From Phyllosticta citribraziliensis (taxonomy: Eukaryota), in assembly GCF_038025025.1 (NCBI RefSeq), contig NW_027117340.1:310001-374000 (forward strand): a stretch of DNA of 64,000 bases, given 5' to 3'. Below the pieces are notes generated by a model, which ran no database searches, was not told the origin of the DNA, and saw nothing but the letters and a program-made list of their open reading frames with translations. Shown piece by piece: positions 38,821 through 51,335 of this stretch. The first letter of the stretch is position 1, and every line of letters begins with the position of its first letter. The translations under genes and the position numbers were made by a program.

Positions 38821-39894
38821 GATGGTGTTCGGAGGTAGTTTGAGGCAAGGAAGGAGAACTTTGGTTTGGTTGATGCTGTCTGGCACTCAAGGAACGCTGG
38901 ACATGCGTGGTTTATATACCCCTTTTTCGGGCCCATCAGAGCAACGTTAAAGGAGAAGTCGCTCGTGTCTTGTCTAAGAAAGCGAAATTTCGCACGGGCG
39001 GGGCGGATAGATGTGGTTGCGGCGCCGCCTTGTCTTGCGTCTTCAATTCATTGCGTTTCCGTGAGACATAGTCGCGGAATGCTGCAGAAGACATGATTGA
39101 AATCCAGAATCCACGATTGCTGCGTTGGCCGACTAGAAGCTTGCAGATTGTGGCTCGCCTCGTGATGAGGGCCGCAGGCTCTGATGAGAACCCATATGTC
39201 GATTGAGTTATTGGTCAGCATATCTGAGATATTCACCGACAGTATTTTACTGTGCATAGAAGATACTCAAAACGACAATTGGCGGAGTGCTGAGTGTCGA
39301 CATCGTGCTTCTGAACAAAGATGCGTCATGTATTGAGAAGTGTCTGTCACGACTGGTGTTGAAATACGGAGAACAATTTGTTCGTCCCGTCAGTCTAAGG
39401 ACACAAAGGAACTTGTCTTATCAAGGTCATATCAACGGATCATTGAGCAAGCCACGCACAGCGGCTGTGTTCCTCGTCTTCCAACACAACGTGAAGAGAC
39501 AAAGCTTTGTTGATGGTGCCCGTGTTGCTCACTTGGCCATACCGACGGTTCGCACGCTCGCTACTTTAACATGGACGGACTACCTCTGCAAGCACGTCAA
39601 TTCAATCAACCACCCATTTCATTCAATCTTATTCTGCCAGTCGTTGATCGACAGGGCGCTGTATTCATACCAATCGTTATTGTAATCCAGTCGTTGACCG
39701 ACCTTTACCTTTCCCCCTTCACTTCGCCATTCCAGCTTTGTCTGAGCCCCCACCTACTACCCGACCACACGAATCTGCTTCTTGTGCACTAGAAGCTCAT
39801 AAAAACAGCCAAATTGCCGACTAGTCATACCCTGTCTTTGCAGCCTTGCAAACCGTAATTTCAGGAGTGACCCCTGATCCAGCCGCTCAACCCC

Positions 39895-40848
39895 ATGGCG
39901 CCACAATCCAACCACTGTCCCCCAGATTTCAACGCACGATACCGTTTGAAGGAGAGACTGGGCGGTGGGGCCGACGGCACAGTCTATCGTGCAGAGCACA
40001 AGGCGTCCGGACGGGTCTTCGCAGCCAAAATCATGCTGCCGCGTACGCGCACACCCGGACAGAACGTGCCGCACGAAGTTCACATCAACCAGCAGCTACT
40101 GCTATCTAAATCGCGCCCCAGCGACCACCACATCGTGCGGTTTGAGAGGTGGTTCGAAGCGGCCAGCCCGCGCAAGCGGATCGTGCTGCTCTTTGAACAC
40201 TGCGCCTTGGGCACGCTGGACGACTACGTATTGGAAAGATATGGAGAGCACTTCTGCAAATCCAACGCGCCGCCCGAGGATTTAGTTCGCCACTTCTTCG
40301 CGCAGCTCCTCGAGGCGCTGGTCTTCCTGCATGAGCCGCCGCAAGGCGTCGGCCGCGGGCCCGTCGTCCACCGCGACATCAAGCCGTCCAACATCCTGGT
40401 CGTCCCCGGCCGCAACGGCGCTGCATGGCCGCCGTCGGTCAAGCTGTGCGATTTTGGCGGTGCGCTTGAGGCGGGGAGACCCAGCAACGACTTATTGGGT
40501 GTCTTCACGCCAGGCTACGTCGCGCCGGAGGTGGAGTGGCCGCCGTCGAGAGAGGCGTGCAAGAGCTATGTTCATCCTGCGCTGGATGTGTATGGTGTTG
40601 GGGCGTCGATTTATTTCGTTATTTTGAGGAAGACGCCGCCGGTGCCGATGTGTAGCGTTACGCCTGGGGGTGTTGCTTCGGAGTTTTATTCGAAAGACCT
40701 GTGGTGCGTTTTGGAGGGCGCGTTGATGAGAAGTGTTGGTGAAAGATGGACAGTGCGGGACTTGAGGGATGCGCTGGCGAATGGGATGTCGGATTTTAAT
40801 GAAGGCATTGAAGAGGCAGAGGTAAACGGACAAAGAGGAAGTGATTGA
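39895..40848 (+). CDS. Divergent Ser/Thr protein kinase, single exon, catalytic domain only
   Basis: LGGGADGTV, FAAK, HIVRF, FEHCALGTL, VHRDIKPSNIL, KLCDFG, TPGYVAPE, DVYGVG, ERWTV. Confidence 0.9.
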   Translation: MAPQSNHCPPDFNARYRLKERLGGGADGTVYRAEHKASGRVFAAKIMLPRTRTPGQNVPHEVHINQQLLLSKSRPSDHHIVRFERWFEAASPRKRIVLLFEHCALGTLDDYVLERYGEHFCKSNAPPEDLVRHFFAQLLEALVFLHEPPQGVGRGPVVHRDIKPSNILVVPGRNGAAWPPSVKLCDFGGALEAGRPSNDLLGVFTPGYVAPEVEWPPSREACKSYVHPALDVYGVGASIYFVILRKTPPVPMCSVTPGGVASEFYSKDLWCVLEGALMRSVGERWTVRDLRDALANGMSDFNEGIEEAEVNGQRGSD

Positions 40849-43066
40849 GAGCATCACACAAGGGTTTAATAATAGAAAAGGGAGGAAATTATTGTGATGC
40901 CTCTGGGCCTTGGATGCTACTGTACCGGTCCAACTTCTTCAGATGGGAACCATGAATGTTTCCCGACGGCTTTGCAACAAAACATTCGGAACGACAAACA
41001 AGAGATATACATGACAGAAGTCTTCATCAGGAGCACATGAGAGGTGCTCCGTTTCTAGGGCAGCGTTTGTACAATGACGAAAAGGTGAAAGGGACGGCAA
41101 CTTGGTCGGAAAGAGTTCCAGCGCAAGATATTGAAATGAAATGACCGTGGCTCGCTCCAAGACGACGGCAGTATGGGAATACCCGCGTAGTAGCATAATG
41201 TTCCGCGCTTATTCTTCACTGTTTTCATTACTCATTTCTGGGACTTCTCTGTCGTGTCCGCGCATTCGTGCCGTGCAAGAAGCAGTTGCGCGTTTCGAGC
41301 ACACGGCCTGCGCCCGAGCCCGCTGAAGATATTGAACACGCATCCATCTCTTCTCACGATTACACCACTGTGAATGGCTTGTCGCCTTGCTCCAGTGAAC
41401 GTCGGGCCAATGCCATCGATCAATCAGAATACGTACGAATTTGGCGACCATGATCGATTAAAGGTTGGCCAGCGGCCCAGAGCAAGGCGCCAGGCTCTGG
41501 GGCTCTTGCCCATCGCCAGCGCCGAAGGGTGCTGATCTGCCAAAAGACGAGCAGGAGCAAGATTGACGTCAAGATAGCCAAAAGCCCGCGAAGGGGACCT
41601 TGATCTCTCCCGATGCCGGAGTTTGCGTCGATCCCAGGTGTACGAAGCAGAAGGATATTCTAGCGGATCCGTCTTACCTGAAGACTCCTGCAATCTCGAG
41701 TCATACCAACGAAAAAGAGCTTTCACCTGGCGCATTTTCCGCCAAATTCAGCACAAAGTCGTCAGCCGCGACGCTCTGTTGCAGGCGAAGCAGCAATCAT
41801 CAAACTGGAAGACGTGTTTGTCTTACTCCAACTTGTGAGCGAACTGCAAGTGTTTGCGGATCCCACGCAAGCAATCTGCGGAGCATGTTGCAATCGCATG
41901 GAAGGGACGGGGGCTAAGTAAGGGCGAGAACACACCTCAACCACGAAAGATTGCTCAAACTGACGCCAATCAAAGCCTTGAGTGGGCGAGGTTGGAGGAT
42001 CCTTTGTGCTGGGTAAGGGGTCCTCGCAACAAGGACATTGTTTGCACGCAAACCAAGAGCGGGAGGCAAGCTCGATTGGCAGAACCGTATCGAAGGGGGA
42101 AACGTAGGAGGAAACTTGTCGATGGCTTGCAGGTTGGTCATGTATATAGCCACAGTTGGATAGTCATGCCCATTCAGGAGCCCTTTGCTTGCGATTGAAG
42201 CATGAGTCTTCCAACCTTCTGTGGCGGACGGCGACCCATGCCGCCACCTTTGTTCTCCATGCTGCGCTGCTCATGACCGTCACGGTCAAGTATTTGAAGC
42301 AGAAGAGAGGCGTCGAAATCGAAGTCGTGTTGGCCTGCGTCCCAATGCGGAAATTCCCACGCGCAAGCCGTATATTGGCCTAGGGACCTTCTTGTATATT
42401 GAAAGCCGCTTTGAATATGGCCGTTCTGTTGTTTCCTCGTTCTTGAGCAGCCATACTTTTGACACGCGTTGTTCCAGGGAGCAACGGAGCGCGTTGGGTG
42501 ATTGCGCGTGGCAGTCACCTGGCATGTCCCCAAGCACTGCGACGCGCTCGTCCCCAACATCGTGCCGGAGCAACCATCGCGTCGTCTCTTCTCGTGCACC
42601 AAGCAGACTCCCAACATTCTTGTCTGTTTTCCTCATCCTCAGCACGGCTGCACCCTCGCTGCCCTACCTCTTCCTCAACGAACTTTTTTATACAACCACA
42701 TCCACCGCAGCGGCCAGAGCATCCACCACGCAGTCTGACCAGCTTGTTGTGCATTGCACATCAACCAGAGTCACCTGGGTGTCCTCTCGACCTGCGACCG
42801 TGTCGACTGCTCCGAGTGCAAGGGGTATTTGAAAACCCACCAAGTACATCAAGTATACTGTAAGTACTTACCCACCCCTGCATCATGAGAGCATCCCATG
42901 AGGCATCAGACCATCGAGGCATGGCCTGCAGCATCAGTATCCTCAACCTCGACCGGTCTGCTTGCCCCGACTCCACGCATCCCCAAGCTCCGCAAAGCAA
43001 TGCTGGGCGCGACCGGGCCCAATCAAGCTGCCCCAATCAGAAAGTGCAGGGAGGCCGAGGAGAACA

Positions 43067-44483
43067 ATGGCTAACGGTTCTGAAGACAAAGCCAGGATGT
43101 CAGGACCACAAACGCGACCCACTCCGAGATGTGCCAACTGCACAAGACTGGGCGGGGACCTGGTCAGGAGCCAGGCGGACAGCTTGTCGCGGGGACCTCG
43201 ATCTCCACCCCCACCCTCACCACGGTCCATCGCTCGCGTGAGGTTGAGCGACAACCTGGCCAGGCCGGCGAATGCCTTCGAGCTTTGCGGGCTCCGCTCA
43301 CCACCCTCGCCGAGACCCGTCGCACACAGGAGGCTCTGTGACGACCTGACGAGGAACCCCGACGATGTCTTCGCACTACACGGGCTCCGCTCACCACCCT
43401 CGCCGAGACCCGTCGCACACAGGAGGCTCTGTGACGACCTGACGAGGAACCCCGACGATGTCTTCGCACTACACGGGCCTCGTTCACCACCATCGCCAAG
43501 ACCAGTCGCTAAGAAGAGGCTCAGCGACGATCTGACTCGGGATTGGGGGACCAGAGCTGGCATTTGGGGAGCTCACTCTCCAAACTCACAGGAGCCTTTC
43601 GTTCCCAAGAGGCTAAGTGAGAGCCTGGCCAGGGACCCTGAAGACAGAGACAGGTTGTGGAGCGCTCAAAATCGACCAATCTCCACCTGTCTGACTCCCC
43701 CGATCAACAGCACCCCGACCAGCAGTCGCATGCACACCAACGAAATGCGTTGCCATGCACCAAGGCAGCGCCGTCCTCTTCCAGAGCTGCCAGGTAGCCC
43801 AGTCGTTGCGAGGGGCTGCCAAAGCGAACTCCCGAATCGACCTCTCGACCCAAGGGCGCAAAAAGCAGCCAAACTTCGCGCTCAACCGACACCACGACCC
43901 GTCGATCCACCCAGTAGCGATGTCAGCCGCGGTTGGGCCAACATGTTGCTTCGACTTGCAGCAGTGCCAAGCAGACCTCTCCCTCAAGTACCAGAGGACC
44001 CAGTCCCTGCGGACAGGATCGTACCGAGGGTCATTCGCAACTCCGAGATCCACCGTCTGATTGCCGACCTGGGAGGACTCGAGGACGCAGAGGAGAAAGC
44101 GATCATCAAAGAGATCTCGGACACCACGATCCGGCGCCTTTCTCGGTTCAGACGCGCCGCCGTTGTGAAAAACAACATTCCGGAGGACGTCGCCTACACC
44201 AGGCTCCCCCGCGGTGTTGTCAATCGACGAGCGCTGGACGAGGCTGGAGGGCAGTTTGTGGAGGTCGGGTTTTCGGTGGTCTTGTTCCGCCTCTTGACGA
44301 GGGACGAGATCAAGCTCTTTGTCAACCGTCCTTGGGACATCCGGGGCGTTGTCGCGGTCGAGCCATCCAAGGTATGTCAAAGACCAAACACCAAGCCTTG
44401 GCGAAGCATACTGACGAGACGACCAGGAAGATGAATCGGCCGAGCAACCCGACAAGGGCGATTCGTGCGAGTTCTTGCTCTGA
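43067..44483 (+). CDS. Pro/Arg-rich tandem-repeat protein with a C-terminal conserved fungal DUF-like domain; 5' end uncertain
   Basis: Long ORF 42962-44434 with terminal intron 44372-44426 (GTATGT/CTGAC/CAG) giving ...EDESAEQPDKGDSCEFLL. The segment YTRLPRGVVNRRALDEAGGQFVEVGFSVVLFRLLTRDEI resembles the fungal WTKI-x-R-x-LV-x-P-x-AL-x-E...VL-x-x-EEI domain (DUF8035-like, from memory). An upstream intron 42860-43091 is possible. Confidence 0.65.
43288..43473 (+). repeat. Two identical 93-bp coding tandem repeats (31 aa), with degenerate copies on both sides (~43192-43660)
   Basis: 43288-43380 equals 43381-43473 (GLRSPPSPRPVAHRRLCDDLTRNPDDVFALH). Confidence 0.95.
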
Positions 44484-45424
44484 GCGAGGACCGCCACGTT
44501 GGGTGACGGCTGGGACGTCGAGGGATTGAATGGGAATGTTTTGAGCTGGCTTTTGTTTGAGGTTTTTCTTTTTTTCTTTTTCTCTTTTGTAAGGTGGACT
44601 TGGATAAGGAGAGGTAAAGAAAACGGAGTTTTGGGTAGACTGTCTGTTGAAAAGCTTTTGTACAGTTGACTTGGACGGGAAGAAAAGGAGATGAAGCTGT
44701 AGAAAGGAAAAGTTTTGGGACAGAAAGATCATGGTGGTGATACAAATCAATAAAGACACAGACACTTTGGCACTTCAGAGCTCTTAGCTCTAGGGTCAGT
44801 CCTCAATGGCGACGGCGATGTTGTGTGTGTGGGGTTTCTGGTCCGAATTGGCGAGGTGCGAGTCTTGGAATCTGCATTTCCGTTTTCGGCAGTGAGCTAC
44901 CCCTCGGCAATTTGAGACTGGATGTTGCAGGTTGGAAGAGCTTGACAGGCGAGCGAACCGAGACGCAACGAAAGGCTCTTGCCGTAGTGTTGGAGCATCA
45001 GAGAGGGAGTCGAATGATGATCCAGGGTGTTGGAGTAGCAGTAGACGTCGAGATGACGTCCGGCGATCGACAGGCGGGCCCGGGTGGATGGTGTGGGGAA
45101 GACGAGGATGACGAAATGAGAGGTGGATCATGGCATTTTGGCAGGAATCCCATCTGCGCCCTCGCGCACGGGCCGCCATCTCCAGTCCTTGCCTCACTGG
45201 ACGGGCATTCCCTCTGTGCCACTCGGGCCACTGCCTTGGTGCTCTTGACGTCACAAGCGCTGAGTCCGGCTTCCCCTCCTCTTAAGTTGCTCCCTTCTTT
45301 CTTTCATTCGTCTTCATCATCCACCTCTTCCTCATCATCAAACAATCCACTCCGTCACGCTCAATCAATCGAACCTCCTCTTCTCACAATACCACCTCTC
45401 AACAACACCATCCAATCCGCCATC

Positions 45425-45857
45425 ATGTTCCGCGCAACCCTCACCCGCAACGCTCGCCTCTTCTCCACCTCTGTCCGCTCGCAAAAGTCAGTCACCGAGA
45501 CCGTCAAGGACGCCGCCGCCAAGGCCAACAGGGTCGTCTCTGATGCTGCGTTGAAGGGCATCGAGAAGGGCGGTAAGTTCACCTCAACACCTCCATCAAG
45601 GTAGCTTTGAATGGCAGCTAACTTGGTTTGATACAGACGACGCCGCTTCAGCCGTCAAGAACCAGACCTCGGAGGCCGCATCCCAGGCTTCGGGCAACGC
45701 ATCAAAGGCCTCGGGTCAGGCATCAGGAAAGGCCTCGGAGCTCTCGAGCGAAGCCAAGGGCAAGGCCCAGGAGCTTTCTGGTGAAGCAAAGGGCAAGGCC
45801 TCTGAGCTTGCTGGCCAGGCAAAGGGCAAGGCTGAGGAGACCAAGAAGAAGTTGTAA
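45425..45857 (+). CDS. Small LEA-like protein with mitochondrial presequence and 11-mer repeats, 2 exons
   Basis: Presequence MFRATLTRNARLFSTSVRSQKS; intron 45573-45636. 11-mers ASELSSEAKGK / AQELSGEAKGK / ASELAGQAKGK. Confidence 0.88.
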
Positions 45858-46572
45858 GGTGGCTCTGGGTGAAGGACTGTTAACTGGGAGAAAAGCAAAA
45901 CCCTAGGTGGCAGCATGTCGAGACGACGAATGAACTTTCTGCAGTAAATGAATAATTCTTGAACGTCATGATCTGTTACAACTTTGCATCGTGAATGTGA
46001 ATGTCGACTGGGGGTTGTTGCCAGGGGGCTCACACCGGGGGAGGGAATCCCATCACACAAAGCCTTTTCGTTTTTGATGAAGTCTCTCGGCTATGATAGT
46101 GCCTTTAACCCTATCCGCTGGCCAGGCATTGGTGCAGAAGCCATGAGACATTCTGGAAGAACCGGAAGTCCCATGATTCCACGCGTTTCGATAGGCGAAG
46201 ATAGCGTAGAGGTAGTTAGGAGGCGTCCATCAAGGCTAGATGTGCAGGCCAAAATCAGCACCGAAGCACATCTCCAAGCATCTGACACGTCGTGGGGAAG
46301 GATTCACTGCGCGGTTGTCAAAAGTGTTGTTGTTGAGCTTCGACAGGGTAGAGTCAACAGCGGCCCGCATCTTACATAAGCGGGATCCTTCCGGTTCGGC
46401 TACATCGTCATCTCTCGCCGAACCCGCGGCGATTTACGTGTCCGGTAGAACCTCACTGAGCAGCTCGCTGCTTCTCCACACGACTTTCACTCGACGCGTT
46501 CTTCGACCCTCCGCAAATTCAGATGGAGCTCTCCCGCTACCAGGTCTATCACTAAATCGCAAAATCGCCATC

Positions 46573-49550
46573 ATGCGGATCGCGGCCTACGTTGGGGTAA
46601 GCTCCTCCACTTTCCAAAGCTCCATCTACGGTTGCACCATGCTAACAACTTGGCCATAGACCTCGGTGGCTTTGGCCGCTTCGGTCCTGCTTCGAGCCGC
46701 GTACGAAAGACCAAACTTCTATTCCGCCTGCGTATACCTTTCTCAATCCAATGCTTGTCTCATGGTACGTCCAGCCCGGTCTGCGGAGAAGCTGCGGCAC
46801 GCGAGGTGCGCGAGCTGGGCGAGCTCGCGCTCGTCATGATTGCCCTGCACTCCAAGTGCTTGCGAGCATTATGCTAACCATCACCAAGATCCTGGCCAAC
46901 TTGGTGCTCCTCCTCACTGCGTCCCTCATGTATGGCCTCCAACGCCTACTCTACGGTCCCCTCCGCCCCATGGAAATCGAGCGCCTTTATGAGCACGCCT
47001 GGTTCGCCGTCACCGAGACTCTCCTTGCCATGACCATCTTCCGCGATGATGTTGGTGTCTGGTTCTTTGTCATGTTCGTGGCCCTCATTGCGGGCAGGAT
47101 GTGGCAGTGGATCGGAGCCGGCAGAGTCGAGTTCGTCGAACAACAGCCGCCTACCTCCAACGAAGTCTTCTTCCACTCGCGCCTGCTTTCGAGCCTGCTC
47201 CTATCCATCATCTACGACGTGATGATGCTCCGGTATTGCGTGGAGTTTGTCTTGAGACAAGCGCGGCCAAACATGATCGTCATGTTTGGATTCGAGTTTG
47301 CCCTCCTTCTGGTCGCTTCCTGCGCCACGTTATGCCGGCATACACTCTGCTTGGTGGATCTGTTCGTACAGGCTAAGCAGATGGAGCAGAAGAGGCTGGA
47401 AATAATTGAAGAAAGAATGGCGGAGAGGGCGCGTGAGAGGGAGCAAAGAGACGAAGCGGATACGCAAGACGAAGCGCCAGTGGAGGTTGACGACAACGAA
47501 ATCGACGTACCCGGATGGGAGAGCAAGGGTCGCTACATATTTTACCTCGACCTTGCTACAGGTAAGCAGACCGACCGTTGCTTGCGTCCTGGCTGTGCTA
47601 ACATATTCAGATTTTGTCAAGTTGACCATTTACATGGCCTTCTTCGTCATTCTCCTCACTTTCCATGGCCTCCCGATTCACATCATGCGCGACGTCCTGT
47701 TGACTTTCCGCTCATTCCACCGCCGTATATACGACTTCCTTCGTTACCGAAATGCTACCCGCGACATGAACACGCGCTATCCCGATGCCACGGTGGAGGA
47801 TCTGGGAGAAAACAACATTTGCATAATTTGCCGCGAAGAGATGCGTCCATGGAACAACACGCAGCCTGGTCGAGAAGGTGCCCAGCCGGGCCAAGGTTCT
47901 CGAATTGATGAGAGGCATCGTGCAAAGAAGCTGCCATGCGGACATTGCCTGCACATCAGCTGCCTAAAGAGCTGGCTTGAACGTCAGCAAGCGTGTCCCA
48001 CTTGCAGACAGCCAGTCTTGATCGAGGAGACGAGACGTCGCCAACAAGCAAACAGACCGAATGCGGGAGCAAATGGAGCGGCGAATGCGGGAGCAAACGG
48101 AGCGGCAAACGGTCGCGCTCAACCACAGAATCCCCAAGACCCTGCCAACGCGTTGGTGCAAGATCTCCTGGGAGGAAACCAAAACCTTCGTCAAATCCGT
48201 ATCGGCCCCTTCCGTATTGGCTACGGCGTGAGAGCTGTAAATCTGAACGGACAGCAACAGCCGCAGCAGCAACAACCCGCCGGCGCCAACACGATGCCAG
48301 AAGACCATCGCCGCCAAAATGACCAATTGCGTTTCCGAAGCCACCAACTGTTGCGCGATGCACTCCAGTCGCCGCTTACTGCCCAATCTCTCGTTGCGCA
48401 GACACAGTGGCTGGACCAGCTCGACAGACGTCTCAATCAGGAGATCAATTCTTTGAACATCGCGCAAAACCAGCTCCACATTGTTCGCGCGTTGCAAGCA
48501 GAGTACCTACGCCTCCGGAGAGCCGCTGCTGCTAACGTTGTAAACGGTCCGAGCAATGCTCAAAATCCCACTCCCACTACCAACGCCAATCCCAGTACTG
48601 TCTTTGCCGGGCTCAACACGGGTGGGAATGCACCGCTCGGTCGAGACGTTCCATCGGGACCAGTGTCCACTCAGCAACCGCCTATACAAGGTGGAGATAC
48701 CAATTTGCCTCCTGGACTTAATTTGCCTCCAGGCTGGTCAATACAGCCTCTTGACACGACCGGGACGCAGGTTCCTCTGTCACAAGGCGGCCATGCTTCA
48801 AGCGCTGCTGTACCGACTGGCGTACCCAACCAAAGCCCGACCGATACGGCAGCTGAAGTTGCTGAAGCGCTTCGCCAATGGCAAGATACGATGAACATGG
48901 ATAGAATGATTCAGGATTTCAATTCATTCTTGGCGCACAGAGGCAGGGATCAAGGCGGCGTCCCAAACTCTAGCTCTCAGAGCCAGACATCTGGCGCCAC
49001 TGCTACCGATCCTTTGGATGCTGGGAGGAACGGATCACAGGAACTACCACCTGTCTCGAGTCTACACACACCTACGAATGATCCTATCGGCCAAGCTGCC
49101 ACTCGACTTGGTGGCCTTCCAGACACCACTGGAACCCAACTCAACCCAGAAGTCGCCGGGGCCAATCTTGACGAGATCCGAGCTGAGCTTGCAGATATCG
49201 CCAGCCATGTTGCTCCAGCTGGACAAGCCGCAAGGCCAGCTAGTCAAGACGTCGCCGACGATGCGCATCCCAACCCGGCTGCCGCTGAAGCTCCCACACG
49301 CAGCAGTCTTACCAGTGAGAGTCCAGCCAATGAAGCTCCTGCACAGAACGGTACGGCCAACGCTGCCAAAACACCTTCTGTCCAGGCACCAGGCTTGTCC
49401 AATACCGCTTCGACATCACTGTCCGCAGACACCGCAACAGCGTCTTCCACAGCTCAAGAGGCGGGCACAACCCCTAGCGCCTCCCAAGCCCCGCTCCCCC
49501 CGAGTCTCCAGCCGCGCGTAGAGGACGGCGACGACGATGAGGAAGCATAA
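46573..49550 (+). CDS. HRD1: ERAD E3 ubiquitin ligase Hrd1, 4 exons
   Basis: [58 protein letters not shown]2 CIICREEM...[28 protein letters not shown]. Introns 46597-46659, 46765-46888, 47562-47610. Confidence 0.96.
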
Positions 49551-50414
49551 GCGTGGTGGATCTCGGAATGTGGTGTGGACTGTGGACGATACTCCCTTTT
49601 CTTCTCCTTCTTCCTGTATCTAGTACAGCTTTGCGGTTATACCCTTTGCATAGCGCGGGCGTAAAAAGCTCTCTTTATTTGGCTCCTTCTCCTTGCTCTC
49701 CCCTACTCCTCCGTGTCTGTTGTTGCTTCACGCCTTGCGTCGCTTTTCTCCTCGCTCGCCAAACCGATCATGCCGGCGGTGGCCGCACTGGTATCGGGTT
49801 GCCGCGTCGCTGCTTGTTGGATGTGCAAGTGGAAGAGGGAATGATGGCGGGCTGCTGGGTGGGAATGGGTGGGCGGGTGGCAGGGGCTTTTTTCTGGAAT
49901 TGGCGTGCTGGTGTTGTTGGATTGGCTGGGCTGGGCAGATTGATTACTCGGTTGATGGATTGATCGAATGATGGATGGATGGGTAGGTGGGGTAAGGTAG
50001 GGTAGGCTTCTTGGTACTTGGGGATAGTACGTAGGAACTTGATTATGCAACTACTTGGGGTGTTGAGTCTGTGGTAGAGGCGAAGCTTGTGATGTGGAGA
50101 AGGTAGCTGAAATGCGTTGATTTCAGAAGGATGGGAACTTGCCGCTTTCATCTGGGAATTGCAGACATGCTCTGCCTGCGGCATGGTATTCAGACACAAG
50201 CGGCGGTGCCATTCGAATATATACGCAATAGTTCCCCCTGCAATTGCCCTCTTGCATGCATTTTCTCCAATGCTGGGACTGTTTTCAATATCGCTCCATA
50301 CCCATTGGTACTGTAGGTATCGCACCCAATAACTCCGAACCCTATGCCTGCTTCAATTCAAACAAGACCACCTATGTAATATGACCTGGCACCAGAAACA
50401 GTGTGACGCGTTTG

Positions 50415-51010
50415 CTAAAAGCCCTTGGCTATCAACCACGTCTGAATCTCCATCTTGCGATCGCCCTGGATGTATTGTGTCAGCGCTACTAGCTCGTTTT
50501 CCTCGCACTTTGCTCGCATCTTGCTTATGTCGGTCCCAAGATTTCTTGCCGTACCTTTACCAGGATCTGCTGGGTCAAGTCGTTAATCTTGACCTCCGAC
50601 GGGTCCAAGCCTAGTTCGCTCTGCAGCGCCTTCTTGAGCGCGCGCACGTCGCCCGAGATCTTGCGCAGCTTCGTCTGCTTCAGGGTGCCGCCGCCCTTGG
50701 TCTCGGAGTAGACGGGGAGCTTGGCGGAGCCGGTCCGCAGGACGAAGTACGGCAGTTGGGGCCGGGTGGTGGGCGCGACGGTGGTGGACTTGAATTCTGG
50801 GGCGGAGGCTGGCGCTGAGGCGGGTGCTGGTGCTGTTTGTGCGTTTTAGAAGAGATCGTTGTGGGAGTTGGAGTTGGAGTTTGAGGCAGAGGTGGTGGTG
50901 GCTTTACCCTCAGATCTCAACCGTGCGTATTGCGAGAGGCGGGCGATGGAGGCGGGCGCGGCCGGTTTGGGGGTTGCTGCGGCGCGAAAGAGGGCAGGTA
51001 ATCTGAACAT
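50415..51010 (-). CDS. IMG2: Mitochondrial ribosomal protein L49/Img2, 3 exons (missing from the ORF track)
   Basis: [12 protein letters not shown] presequence; introns 50833-50907 and 50466-50554. [36 protein letters not shown]...QILVKGD...[10 protein letters not shown] matches the Img2/L49 pattern. Confidence 0.92.
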
Positions 51011-51335
51011 GGTGTCGATGAGAATGGGCGTCGAACCAATTGATCAAAGGCGGCGGCAGGGGTGCTTTGTGAGGTTGTTTCTTTCGACGTTCAGTTTCCG
51101 GCGATGCTGGGCGCTGGGCGTTGCGAGGGTCATTGTGGCCCGTGCGAGGCGAGCCCGGCGCGGAATTTTGAACGACTCCCCCCACAGAAGACCATCACAA
51201 CGCGGGACCTGCATCACCTCTGCCCAGCGCGCGCGACCCGGAAACCACCAAATCGACGCGTCTGCCCCGCCCTCTGTCTCGAACGCTAGGACCTTGCCGA
51301 CTCTCGACGAACGACTCGATCCAAAACCAGCAACC
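51011..51335. promoter_or_regulatory. Short (325 bp) divergent intergenic region, probable bidirectional promoter for IMG2 and eIF3e
   Basis: Head-to-head start codons at 51010 (-) and 51336 (+). Confidence 0.6.

Noticed and set aside
41200..42150. Exon-like minus-strand fragments with donor and branch-like sites and a TATA-like motif
   Set aside because: Could not be assembled into one frame without stops or phase conflicts; at best a pseudogene.
43288..43473. Repeat array considered as CRISPR-like
   Set aside because: Head-to-tail units with no spacers, in frame within a eukaryotic ORF.
27960..45857. Possible osmotic/desiccation cluster (SMP-like, MscS-like and LEA genes)
   Set aside because: Separated by unrelated genes, with no shared regulatory motif seen; probably coincidental.
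45840..45857. C-terminal KKL of the LEA protein as a peroxisomal PTS1
   Set aside because: Non-consensus PTS1, explained by the Lys-rich repeat; the N-terminal mitochondrial presequence is much clearer.
50859..51335. 159-aa N-terminal extension of eIF3e in the ORF track
   Set aside because: Starts at a non-ATG codon and overlaps IMG2; the conserved start is ACCATGG at 51336.
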